Of a DNA stretch of 63,331 bases, positions 1-9,173 are shown one piece after another. Each line of letters opens with the position of its first letter. The first letter of the stretch is position 1. A program made the translations under genes and the position numbers. A model generated the notes under the pieces. It did no database searches. It saw nothing but the letters and a program-made list of their open reading frames with translations, and was not told the DNA's origin. Source of the stretch: an uncultured archaeon (lineage in GTDB: Archaea; Aenigmatarchaeota; Aenigmatarchaeia; CG10238-14); NCBI GenBank assembly GCA_964373575.1, contig CAYJVB010000002.1:1-63331 (forward strand), read 5' to 3'.

Positions 1-613
1 GCGTATCAATACTTTTTAAGCTGACTAGTAAACCAGCAAGTCCAAACATTCCAGTCAGAGACGGAAAGAGTACATCATTTGAGTCGATTAAGACTGAATT
101 AAGCGTCAATATGCCCCAGATGCCTGATAGAATGAAAAGCACCGCAGCAAAAAATTTCTTCTTCCCGTTTTCTTTTAATATCATCCATAAAGCTAATGCT
201 ATCACTAAAAAATGAATATATGAGTTCACCGAAAAATAGAGATTAGGTATCAACCATAAAAATAACGGTAACATAACAGCGGTTACAGCCATTGTTACCA
301 TGGCTGATGTCAAACTTGTAAATAATGCTGTTAAACCCTTTCCCTCTAGTACCATTCGATGTCCTGGTAAAACGTTAATTACTGTATTTGGATCAGGGAC
401 GGAGAAAAAAATAGATGGAATATAATTGAGCATTACATTGGAAACTGCGACTGAAATAACAAAAGCAAGTATTGACATAGACGAAACTCCAGATAGAAGT
501 GGTAGGAGCGATATTAGAATAATGTAAATTTGGTTAGGGTGTATTCCTGGAAGTAGGCCTGCTAGTACACCTACAAGAATACCTAAAATTGAATATAAAA
601 AAAGTTCTATCAT
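1..613 (-). CDS. DUF112/TctA-like integral membrane protein, N-terminal part (gene runs off the left edge)
   Basis: Absent from the ORF track because it is open to the window edge. Reverse-strand ATG at 611-613 gives MIELFLYSILGILVGVLAGLLPGIHPNQ..., and a continuous hydrophobic frame runs to position 1. The opening motif resembles DUF112/TctA permeases. Confidence 0.5.
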   Translation of the reverse strand, partial: MIELFLYSILGILVGVLAGLLPGIHPNQIYIILISLLPLLSGVSSMSILAFVISVAVSNVMLNYIPSIFFSVPDPNTVINVLPGHRMVLEGKGLTALFTSLTSAMVTMAVTAVMLPLFLWLIPNLYFSVNSYIHFLVIALALWMILKENGKKKFFAAVLFILSGIWGILTLNSVLIDSNDVLFPSLTGMFGLAGLLVSLKSIDT

Positions 614-654
614 TTTTTTCAAAAAAATAAAATAAAAAATATTAAAATTGTTGT

Positions 655-1005
655 TTAACCTTTTGCTAACTCATAGATTGACTTTAGGGCAACTAATAAA
701 GCCGCTGGTGCTACAAATATTGATAGATATCCCAAAAAGCTTGCGAGATAACTACCAAGATAAGGTAGCGATTCTAATCCTGCTGAAGCAACAAGCATTA
801 ATGCGACAGTCGATAGCAAGAAGCCATGAGATTCTTTTGCTGTAACATTCAATGCACCCACTACTAGACCCAATACAACTAATACTGGACCTACGTAGTT
901 CGGTAATTGTACTGTTGTTGCTGACTCTACTAATCCTAGTACTACTGACAATAATACACCAACGAGAAATGCCCATTCACCGTATTTTGCTTCGGTTTTT
1001 GCCAT
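655..1005 (-). CDS. small multi-pass membrane protein, unknown function
   Basis: 116-aa ORF with 3-4 hydrophobic helices rich in G/A/L/V. No recognisable catalytic motif. Confidence 0.5.
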   Translation of the reverse strand: MAKTEAKYGEWAFLVGVLLSVVLGLVESATTVQLPNYVGPVLVVLGLVVGALNVTAKESHGFLLSTVALMLVASAGLESLPYLGSYLASFLGYLSIFVAPAALLVALKSIYELAKG

Positions 1006-1218
1006 TTCTTCACCTATAAATTATTATTGCGGGAGAATAATTAAATATATCTTTTCCTATTTCTTCTGCTTCGTAGAGAAAATTATTATCTGTACTATTG
1101 AAAAACTCTAGTTAAGATATGAAACAAAGCCTAGTATTATTTCTGAAGCAGTGAAGTACAAAGGTTTGTGGATTGATATTAATTGGTATTTAGTTAGATT
1201 TTGGCTAGAAAAATTAGG

Positions 1219-1226
1219 TTTATAAG
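1219..1226 (+). promoter_or_regulatory. TATA-box-like element (TTTATAAG) upstream of the NAC gene
   Basis: TTTATAAG lies ~25 nt upstream of the ATG at 1249, a spacing consistent with an archaeal leaderless or short-leader transcript. Confidence 0.3.
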
Positions 1227-1248
1227 TTTTTTTTCACAATCTGATGAT

Positions 1249-1575
1249 ATGATTCCTGGAATGGACCCAAAAAAAGTTGAACAGATGCTGAAGCAGCTTG
1301 GAATGAAGATGGAAGATATTCCTGCAAGTGAGGTTATAATTAAGACTGATGATGGAGACATCACTATCAGTAACCCGCAGGTTGTCAAGACAATTATGAA
1401 AGATCAGGTGGTTTATCAGGTTTCTGGTAATGTTAAAGAGGAAACATTTTCTGAAGAGGATGTAAAACTTGTAGTGAATCAAACAGGCATAAAGGATGAA
1501 AAAAGAATCAAACAAGCACTGGAAGAATCAAAGGGAGATGTTGTTGAGGCGATAATGAAATTGAAAAAAGGTTAA
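1249..1575 (+). CDS. nac: nascent polypeptide-associated complex protein (archaeal NAC alpha with C-terminal UBA domain)
   Basis: MIPGMDPKKVEQMLKQLGM... NAC domain, followed by a C-terminal UBA-like EEDVKLVVNQTG...IKQALEESKGDVVEAIMKL. The track ORF starts at TTG 1201; the ATG at 1249 fits homologue length. Confidence 0.85.
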   Translation: MIPGMDPKKVEQMLKQLGMKMEDIPASEVIIKTDDGDITISNPQVVKTIMKDQVVYQVSGNVKEETFSEEDVKLVVNQTGIKDEKRIKQALEESKGDVVEAIMKLKKG

Positions 1576-1607
1576 AGATATTTTAGTTCAAAATCAAACA
1601 TCATGTT

Positions 1608-2630
1608 ATGGTTTTTATCTATATCCTTACATTTCTTGTTTCACTCGTGGGATCACTTGTCCTGACAAAATTCCTCATAGGGTTTTTTACTTCAAATAAT
1701 ATAATTGCAATTGACCTTCATAAAAAACATAGACCAAAGGTTGCTAATAGCGGTGGAGTAGCTGTTGTTTTTTCATTCATATTTGGCATGCTTTTTTTTA
1801 TTGGCATAAGGACGTTTTTACTTGAAGATATGAACCATTTGCTCAATTTGTTTGCGGCCTTGCTGACTATTCTAATGGTTGCTCTTATAGGATTCTTTGA
1901 CGATCTTAATGCAGTAGATGTTTTGAGAGGAAAAAAGGATAAAATATACGGCTTAGTTCAAAGAAAAGGTTTAGAACAGTGGCAAAAACCTTTGTTCACA
2001 TTTGCTGCAGTAGTACCACTTATGGTAATTAAGGTAGGGTTCTCGCAGATAACACTCCCACTGATAGGCTCAATGGACTTGGGAATATTTTTTCCTCTAG
2101 TTGTTGTTCCGCTGATTTTTGTTTTCATCTCAAATGCAACAAATATGTTGGGCGGATTTAATGGGTCGGAAGGAGGCATGGGTCTTGTTTACTGCACTTC
2201 ACTTGGAATATTCGCAGTTCTTCACAAGGAAATAATTGCAGCATCCATTTTCTTCACAGCAGCAGGTGCCATAATAGGATATCTAGTTTTCAATTGGTAT
2301 CCAGCTAAGATATTGGCTGGAGACAGTTTGACATATGGCCTAGGCGCTATTGTAGCATCAGGCATAATAATAGGAAATATGGAAAAGGCTGGTTTGATTG
2401 CGATGATACCGTTCATAGTGGAATTCTTTTTGAAGGCAAGATCAAAAATGAAGGCAACATGCTTGGGTAAATTGAGAGATGATGGAAAGCTGGATCCACC
2501 TTATGGAAAGAAGATCTATTCATGGACACATGTCATAATGAACTTGAAACCAATGACTGAAAAACAGGTAACTTATTCTTTGATAGTATTGAATGTTTTG
2601 TTTTCTAGCCTGATTTTTGTTCTATTGTAA
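1608..2630 (+). CDS. UDP-GlcNAc:dolichyl-phosphate GlcNAc-1-phosphate transferase-like (MraY/WecA/Alg7 family, AglH-like)
   Basis: Polytopic membrane protein with the FFDDLN acidic motif and NATNMLGGFNGSEGG, the archaeal form of the NxxNxxDGxDG motif. Confidence 0.8.
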   Translation: MVFIYILTFLVSLVGSLVLTKFLIGFFTSNNIIAIDLHKKHRPKVANSGGVAVVFSFIFGMLFFIGIRTFLLEDMNHLLNLFAALLTILMVALIGFFDDLNAVDVLRGKKDKIYGLVQRKGLEQWQKPLFTFAAVVPLMVIKVGFSQITLPLIGSMDLGIFFPLVVVPLIFVFISNATNMLGGFNGSEGGMGLVYCTSLGIFAVLHKEIIAASIFFTAAGAIIGYLVFNWYPAKILAGDSLTYGLGAIVASGIIIGNMEKAGLIAMIPFIVEFFLKARSKMKATCLGKLRDDGKLDPPYGKKIYSWTHVIMNLKPMTEKQVTYSLIVLNVLFSSLIFVLL

Positions 2631-2677
2631 CAAGGATTTATATCTAATAGTTTACTTTAATCATGAACAGTGATTGA

Positions 2678-4012
2678 ATGGTATTGAAGGAATTACTTGA
2701 TCGCGTTAAGGATTCTACTTTCACTGTTGGTATTGTTGGCTTAGGAAGGGCTGGACTGCCTTTGGCTGCAACATTTGCTGTTAAAGGAATAAAGGTAATA
2801 GGGTATGATGTGGATTACGATCTTGTCGACCAGATAAATGATGGATACACACCGTTTCGGGAGGAAAGACTTGATGAATATCTAAAAACTGCATTAAGAA
2901 GTGAGAAACTTCAAGCAACAACAAACCCGAAGGCTTTAGCGAAATGTGATGTTATAATTATTGCTGTAGGAACACCGATTACAAAAACATTGCAGCCGGA
3001 TTTTGGACAGGTCTATTCTGCTCTGAATAAGATTTTGGAAAATAATATAGAAGACAAGCTAATTGTTCTCAGAAGCACTTCGACACCAAATACACTTGAT
3101 GATATTGTAAGACCTTATCTTGAAGGTAAGACTGGATTGAAGGCGGGTGTTGATTTTGGTTTGGCTGTTTGTCCTGAAAGGATAGCTGAAGGGACCGCTA
3201 TAATTGAAATTGAGGAATTACCTGAGATCATAGGAGGTATTGATAATTTATGTGCTGAGATAACAGCAGAAGTTTTCAGGAAGATTAATCAGAACAAGAT
3301 AATCAGTTTTCTTTCTCCTAAAGCAGCTGCGCTTGCTAAATTGTTTGCTAATGTTTACAGGTATGTTAACTTTGCATTGGCTAATGAATTCGGCCTTATT
3401 GCCGAAAAATATGGCGAAGACGCATTTGATATTATTAACGCAACAAACATGAATTATCTTAGAGGAAAAATAGCGGTACCTGGATTGGCAGGAGGCCCGT
3501 GTTTAAGCAAGGATGGATATTACCTTGTTTCTAATTCTGCGTTTCCTGATTTTGTAATGATGGCATGGAAATTGAACGAGGCAATACCTGCTGAGGTTGT
3601 TGATCGAGTTAGAAATGAGCTGGATAAGAAGGGAAAGAAGCTGATGAATTGTAAAATAGGTGTTTTAGGGTTGGCTTATAAGTCTGGTAGCGATGATGTT
3701 AGAGATTCGCCGTCATTAAGAATAGTTGAGATCTTGAAAAGCAACGGTGCAGAGGTTTATGTTTATGATCCATATGTGCCGAGGAAACATGCTAGGGATT
3801 TTGGTGTTGAATTAGGCGAATTGAATATGGTAATAAATGGAACGGACGCAATAATTCTTGCTACAAACCATCCTGATTTCAAAAATTTGGATAGACCGAT
3901 AGATACTGACAACAAAGGCAAAATTTTGTTTGATTGCTGGGGAATGTTTGATCCGAAAGGATTTAGAAATGTGAAATATCTTGGGTTTGGAAGAGGGAAT
4001 TCTAGTAACTAA
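2678..4012 (+). CDS. nucleotide-sugar 6-dehydrogenase (UDP-glucose/UDP-ManNAc dehydrogenase family)
   Basis: N-terminal Rossmann VGIVGLGRAGLPLA, catalytic-Cys motif GGPCLSKD, and a C-terminal UDP-binding domain (GLAYKSGSDDVRDSP). Confidence 0.85.
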   Translation: MVLKELLDRVKDSTFTVGIVGLGRAGLPLAATFAVKGIKVIGYDVDYDLVDQINDGYTPFREERLDEYLKTALRSEKLQATTNPKALAKCDVIIIAVGTPITKTLQPDFGQVYSALNKILENNIEDKLIVLRSTSTPNTLDDIVRPYLEGKTGLKAGVDFGLAVCPERIAEGTAIIEIEELPEIIGGIDNLCAEITAEVFRKINQNKIISFLSPKAAALAKLFANVYRYVNFALANEFGLIAEKYGEDAFDIINATNMNYLRGKIAVPGLAGGPCLSKDGYYLVSNSAFPDFVMMAWKLNEAIPAEVVDRVRNELDKKGKKLMNCKIGVLGLAYKSGSDDVRDSPSLRIVEILKSNGAEVYVYDPYVPRKHARDFGVELGELNMVINGTDAIILATNHPDFKNLDRPIDTDNKGKILFDCWGMFDPKGFRNVKYLGFGRGNSSN

Positions 4013-4071
4013 AGAAACTATTAGTTATTTTAGCTTCGATTAACACCAAGATCAACGTAAATGTATTACAC

Positions 4072-5133
4072 CTACTCATAAAGCACTCTTAATCCTTCAA
4101 TTGATCCTAACTCTTTTGTTGGCCATCCCTCTAGTGCAGTTCTTAATTTTGGTGACACAAGATTTTCATCAAATTTATCTCCTAATTTATCCCTCATTAC
4201 TACTGCTGTCTGACCAAGTATTTCTTTTATGCTGCCATTCATTACTATTTTACCTCTGTTCCAAACAATTGTATGTCCCGTATGTCTATTTACTCTGAAT
4301 ATATTTCTATTAACAGCTACAGGTTCAGAATCTTTTAGAAAGTGTTCAGCATCGTATAGTGTTAGGCCATCCTCTTCAGTACCCATATCAAGGAATGCAT
4401 ATGCATAAGGCTCTATACTTGATAAATGAGGTAATGACGCTAAACCAGCATCAATGTATGTTATTTTCGGAAAATTATCCTGATGAATTATAATTCTGTA
4501 TGGTCTGTGTGGCAGTACTATGTTTACTTTTAATACTCTCTCCCCATCATACTGTACCCCACAATTTCTTGCTGATGTTAATAATCTTCTTCTTATTTTA
4601 GAATTATAACCACGATAACTACCTAAAAGTTCCGGAACTAAAATATTTCCATTTCCCGTTAAAACTACTTCTTCTTCAAATCCTTCTGCAAAAACAAGTT
4701 GGGATAGATCATATTCATCCTTAGAAGTAGTGCGACCAAAATTACCATCCAATAAACCAGGTGATGAGGGTGCATCTAAACCTCTTTGTGGTACTATAAG
4801 ATAATTTTCTGTGACTAAAAATAGACCACCATTAAAGCCTCTCAAAAAAGAAAACGAATCGTCGCCAATATAGGTTAAAGGAACAACATCACTACCGCCG
4901 TTTCTTCCTACTTCGTCTATTTTTTTCAATTGGTTTGATAGCCAAAGAGGATATGCAACGCTTTTTGCATGCTTAAACTCCATCCAATAATTATATGGTG
5001 GAAAAACATCACCCACCATTCCTAATTCCTCTAAATGCGGATAACGAGAAACGTCTAAATTACAATTCGGTAATATTTCAATAGTCCTTTGAGGACCATC
5101 AACTCTTGCTACGACATTGCTAAAAATGTACAT
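4072..5133 (-). CDS. hypothetical protein with a divergent Nudix-like core
   Basis: 353-aa ORF. The segment GGLFLVTENYLIVPQRG...PGLLDGNFGR...LVFAEGFEEEVVL resembles a Nudix strand-loop-helix (REUxEE-like AEGFEEE). No close family recognised. Confidence 0.45.
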   Translation of the reverse strand: MYIFSNVVARVDGPQRTIEILPNCNLDVSRYPHLEELGMVGDVFPPYNYWMEFKHAKSVAYPLWLSNQLKKIDEVGRNGGSDVVPLTYIGDDSFSFLRGFNGGLFLVTENYLIVPQRGLDAPSSPGLLDGNFGRTTSKDEYDLSQLVFAEGFEEEVVLTGNGNILVPELLGSYRGYNSKIRRRLLTSARNCGVQYDGERVLKVNIVLPHRPYRIIIHQDNFPKITYIDAGLASLPHLSSIEPYAYAFLDMGTEEDGLTLYDAEHFLKDSEPVAVNRNIFRVNRHTGHTIVWNRGKIVMNGSIKEILGQTAVVMRDKLGDKFDENLVSPKLRTALEGWPTKELGSIEGLRVLYE

Positions 5134-5182
5134 TATCTAGATTTCCTAATTTAAACTTAAATGCTTTGAAAACTACTTTGTT

Positions 5183-6199
5183 TTGAATTCAATGATGTTA
5201 AAAGATAGAAGTATTCTTGTTACGGGTGGTACCGGATTTATTGGATCACATCTTTGTGAGAGATTAATTAAAGAAGGAGCTAATATAAGAATCTTAGACA
5301 ATTCTTTTCGGTCAAGCAAGAGGAATATTGAATCCATAATAGATAAAATCGAGTTAATTGAAGGAGATGTTAGAAATTTTGATGCAATAAAAAAAGCGAC
5401 CAAAGATGTAGATATTATAATTCATTTAGCTGCAATTCAAGGAACAGCAAATTTCTATGATTATCCTGATTTGGTTTTAGATGTTGGTGTTACAGGAACA
5501 TTGAATATTGTTAAAGCAATGGCGGAGAATAAAATAAAGTATCTAATGTTTGCATCTTCATCTGAGGCCTATAGTACACCCCAGTTTTTTCCAACCCCAG
5601 AATCACACCCATTAATAATTCCAGATCCAACAAATCCAAGGTGGTCTTATTCATCTACTAAAATAATTGGGGAAATGCTTACAATTCATTTTGCAAAGAA
5701 AAAAGGATTTGATTATACTGTCATAAGACCGCATAATTTCTATGGACCCAAGATGGGGTGGAAACATATAGTTCCTGAATTCATCAAAAGAATTGTTTTA
5801 AATGAGGAATTCACCATTCAAGGTGATGGAAAGCAGACGAGGAGTTTTTGTTATATTGATGATGCTGTTGAACAAATGGTTTTGTGTTTAACAAAAGAAG
5901 AAGGTAAAAATCAAATTTTTAATCTTGGCAACCAAAAAGAGTCGACTGTTAATGAAATTGTCAAACACTTAGAAGAAATATGTGGAAGGAAACTAAACCC
6001 TAAACGTTTAGAATTGCCGGCTGGTGGAACTACAAGAAGAAATCCTGATATGTCTAAATTTAAGCGTATACTTGGATTTGAGGCTAAGATAGACATTAGA
6101 GAGGGACTGAAGAAAACATACGATTGGTATAAGAAGGAAATTGAATATTTGGTTGATCATGCTAAACCTGAAGAATACCCGTGGAATTTAGGAAAATAA
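5183..6199 (+). CDS. NAD-dependent SDR epimerase/dehydratase, UDP-glucuronate decarboxylase (UXS)-like
   Basis: GGTGFIGSHL Rossmann motif, SSSEAY and YSSTK catalytic motifs, 338 aa. Lies near a nucleotide-sugar 6-dehydrogenase. Confidence 0.75.
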   Translation: MNSMMLKDRSILVTGGTGFIGSHLCERLIKEGANIRILDNSFRSSKRNIESIIDKIELIEGDVRNFDAIKKATKDVDIIIHLAAIQGTANFYDYPDLVLDVGVTGTLNIVKAMAENKIKYLMFASSSEAYSTPQFFPTPESHPLIIPDPTNPRWSYSSTKIIGEMLTIHFAKKKGFDYTVIRPHNFYGPKMGWKHIVPEFIKRIVLNEEFTIQGDGKQTRSFCYIDDAVEQMVLCLTKEEGKNQIFNLGNQKESTVNEIVKHLEEICGRKLNPKRLELPAGGTTRRNPDMSKFKRILGFEAKIDIREGLKKTYDWYKKEIEYLVDHAKPEEYPWNLGK

Positions 6200-6234
6200 A
6201 TAAGTGAAAACTATTATCATACAGGGTCGATTAC

Positions 6235-6945
6235 ATGACAGATGTATCTATAATTATACCATTCAAGAACGAGAAAGAATACGCAGGAAAAACCGTAGAT
6301 ACTGTTTATAATTATCTTAAAGAAAGAAATATTGACTTCGAAATCATAGCTGTTGATGATAGCGATGATGAAACTTGGGATATGCTGAAAAAGCTAGAAA
6401 AAAAACTAAAGAATTTCAAAGCTGTACAAGGATGGAAACCGCCAGGATACGGTAAAGCCCAACGTAGAGGTTTTCAGATCGCTAAAGGCAGCATAATAAT
6501 TCCTTACAGTGGCGATATGGCTGAATCTCTAGATGATGTTATGAAATATATTGATGTTATCAGGAGTGGTTATGATATGGCTTTAGGTTCTAGATTCATA
6601 AAGGGAGGGGAAGTTATCAATTACCCTAGAACAAAATTAATTATTAACAGATTAGGTAATACTCTTTTGAAGATTCTCTTTTTATCGAGATATAATGATT
6701 TCACAAATGGTTTCAAGGGTTATAACAGAAAAGCTATAGAGGCTATAAGGCCAGTGTCAGATAGTTATCAAATAGGATTAGAGATGGCAATGAAAGGTAT
6801 GAGAAGAGGATTGAAATACAAGATTGTTCCGATAAAGTGGATTAATAGGCATAGTGGTGTTTCTAAGATGAATATAAAGAAAACAATCATGAACAATTTG
6901 ATTATAATTTTTAAAATATTTTTTAGTATAGGTAGATACCACTAA
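6235..6945 (+). CDS. GT2 glycosyltransferase, dolichyl-phosphate hexose synthase (DPM1)-like, soluble form
   Basis: IIIPFKNE..., AVDDSDDET, SGDMAE (DxD-like) and GSRFIKGG...R...N motifs. Confidence 0.75.
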   Translation: MTDVSIIIPFKNEKEYAGKTVDTVYNYLKERNIDFEIIAVDDSDDETWDMLKKLEKKLKNFKAVQGWKPPGYGKAQRRGFQIAKGSIIIPYSGDMAESLDDVMKYIDVIRSGYDMALGSRFIKGGEVINYPRTKLIINRLGNTLLKILFLSRYNDFTNGFKGYNRKAIEAIRPVSDSYQIGLEMAMKGMRRGLKYKIVPIKWINRHSGVSKMNIKKTIMNNLIIIFKIFFSIGRYH

Positions 6946-8222
6946 AGATCTACAACTTTAGGTTCTGGTAAAGGCATAATAAATTTTCCTTTATAACCTA
7001 ATTCTCTTAATTTCTTCATTAATTCTTCCCCAATATGCCACGAAAGTAGTAATGCATAATCAGGTTGCTCTTTAAACAGTCTTTCCTCATCTACTATTGG
7101 TACATGAGTTCCTGGAGTGAATAAACCAATTTTTAGAGAGCCTTTTCTTTCAACTGTATAATCCAAGACATCTTTGTCAATGTTACAATAGCTTAGTGTA
7201 GTACTTCCTCTGGCAGGGGCACTGATGCCAACAATGTTTTTACCACTGTTTTTTATTTCATACAATATTTTCATTAGCTTGATTTTTGAATTTACTATAC
7301 GTTGTCTAAGCTCTTTGTAAGTTTCTTTGTCATATAATTTACCCTTCTTTTCCTCTTCTAATAATTGCTTCAATCGTTCGCTCATGGGCAATTTTTGTTT
7401 GCTGGCAAAAACGCGAATCGAACCACCATGTGTAGGTATAAGTTCTACATCAAAAATATTAAAACCAAATTTGTTCAATAACTCCATCAACGGTTTTAGA
7501 GAATAATAACGTAAATGTTCGTGATATACCGTATCATACAAAGTTTCTTTTATCAAACCTAGTAGATATTGAGACTCGGATACAAAAAGTCCATCATCTG
7601 ATAAAAGTTTGCTAATACCATGCATTAACGAGTCAAGATCTACAATATGACCGAATACATTTGTTGCTGTGATTACCTTTGCTTTTCCATGTTCTACTAC
7701 GATTTTTTCTGCTATTTTTTCATTGAAATATTCTTTTACGGTTGGAATGCCTTTGCTTATTGCAATTTCAGCCAAATTTGCTGGCTCAATTCCAAGTACT
7801 CTTATTCCTTTGTCATGAAAACCTTTCAAGAGTGTTCCATCATTTGATCCTATATCAACAACCAAATCATTTCTCGTCAGCTTAAATTTATTAATCATAA
7901 AATCAGCAAATTTAGCGAAATGTTCTATATACATTTTTGTCATACTTGTTTGCATTGGGTATTCTGGTGGAAAAACAATCCTTGGATCAGGGGCAAAACC
8001 AATTTGGGCTAATCCACATTTGTCGCACCTGTACAAATCCAAAGGATAATACACTTCAGGTTCTTTGAGCATATCTGTTGTTAAATAAGCTTGCACTAAT
8101 GGATGGTGGCCTAATGAAATAATTAGTTCTAACCTCTCATTTCCACAGATTTGACATTTATCAATTACTTTATGATTAAGTTTTTCATGAGGCGTCTTGT
8201 TACTCATTTTGATCAATAACAT
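6942..8222 (-). CDS. NDP-hexose C-methyltransferase (TylC3-like: Zn-ribbon + class I SAM MTase + C-methyltransferase C-domain)
   Basis: CQICGN...CDKCGLAQ four-Cys ribbon and VVDIGSNDGTLL SAM motif. Paralogous to 21699-22964 and to the C-terminal half of 47207-49429. Confidence 0.8.
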   Translation of the reverse strand: MLLIKMSNKTPHEKLNHKVIDKCQICGNERLELIISLGHHPLVQAYLTTDMLKEPEVYYPLDLYRCDKCGLAQIGFAPDPRIVFPPEYPMQTSMTKMYIEHFAKFADFMINKFKLTRNDLVVDIGSNDGTLLKGFHDKGIRVLGIEPANLAEIAISKGIPTVKEYFNEKIAEKIVVEHGKAKVITATNVFGHIVDLDSLMHGISKLLSDDGLFVSESQYLLGLIKETLYDTVYHEHLRYYSLKPLMELLNKFGFNIFDVELIPTHGGSIRVFASKQKLPMSERLKQLLEEEKKGKLYDKETYKELRQRIVNSKIKLMKILYEIKNSGKNIVGISAPARGSTTLSYCNIDKDVLDYTVERKGSLKIGLFTPGTHVPIVDEERLFKEQPDYALLLSWHIGEELMKKLRELGYKGKFIMPLPEPKVVDL

Positions 8223-8255
8223 TTATAGAACAAGTTAAAAATAAATGGCTTTCTT

Positions 8256-9113
8256 CTATTTAACCAAGCTTTCTTCTTTTAATTTTCTTGTAGCTTCATC
8301 CATATTTGAAAAATGAATACCTATTTTTTTTGCTTTAGATACATCTAATGAAGTATCCTTTGGTCGTTGTGATTTGAATCCTATTTCTTTACTATATATA
8401 GGCTTTACTAAATTTTCATTAAAGTTGAAGGTTTTTGCAACTTTCCTCATTAAATCGTATCTTGAAATTCTTTCGCTGCCTGCCATGTGATATATGCCAT
8501 TTAGATCCTTTTCAGTTGTTTTGATGATGGCCTCGGATAATTCAGAAACTAATGTTGGCGATTCTATTAAATCAACGGCTGCTGTAATCTCACCCTTTTC
8601 TAAGCTATTGATAATCCAGTTGAATATACTTCTTTGCTTATTACTGAGCAAGGCGCTTGTTCTGATTATCACAGAGTGTTCGATAGTATTTGTCAGCCAT
8701 TCTCCAATAAGTTTTGTTTTTCCATAAAAGTTTATAGGGTTGATTATATCATCTTCTTTGTAGAGTCCTTTATTTCCGTCAAACACATAAGTTGTGGATA
8801 TGAAGATCAATTTCGATTTGGATCTGTTGCACGCATCCACTATGTTTTTGGTTCCAATAACATTTGTTTCCCACGCGGTTTCCATGTTAGTTTCGCATGT
8901 ATCAGGATTGCTAACAGCACCGCAATGAATCGTCCAATCTGGTTTTATTCTCTCGAACAAATCAATAATGCTATCTCTTTTTGCTAGATTAATATTAAAA
9001 AGGTTTTTATTTGCTTTCTCTATGGTCAAATCTAAACCATAATTTTCATGTTTTGATGCCGAATAGACATCACTACCAAGCTGTCCATTTACACCAGTAA
9101 TTAGTATTTTCAT
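8256..9113 (-). CDS. dTDP-4-dehydrorhamnose reductase (RmlD)-like SDR
   Basis: MKILITGVNGQLGSD, STTYVFDG and YGKTK motifs. The track ORF extends to 9161, but the Rossmann strand begins at the ATG at 9113. Confidence 0.75.
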   Translation of the reverse strand: MKILITGVNGQLGSDVYSASKHENYGLDLTIEKANKNLFNINLAKRDSIIDLFERIKPDWTIHCGAVSNPDTCETNMETAWETNVIGTKNIVDACNRSKSKLIFISTTYVFDGNKGLYKEDDIINPINFYGKTKLIGEWLTNTIEHSVIIRTSALLSNKQRSIFNWIINSLEKGEITAAVDLIESPTLVSELSEAIIKTTEKDLNGIYHMAGSERISRYDLMRKVAKTFNFNENLVKPIYSKEIGFKSQRPKDTSLDVSKAKKIGIHFSNMDEATRKLKEESLVK

Positions 9114-9173
9114 CTTCTCACTAGCTATTAGATTTTCGATTAGTTTTATAAGTTTAATCATTATCTAGATGAT

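Noticed and set aside
1241-1252. C-box-like CTGATGA upstream of, and overlapping, the NAC start.
   Set aside because: There is no matching D box or guide arrangement, and the sequence overlaps the NAC start codon. Most likely coincidental.
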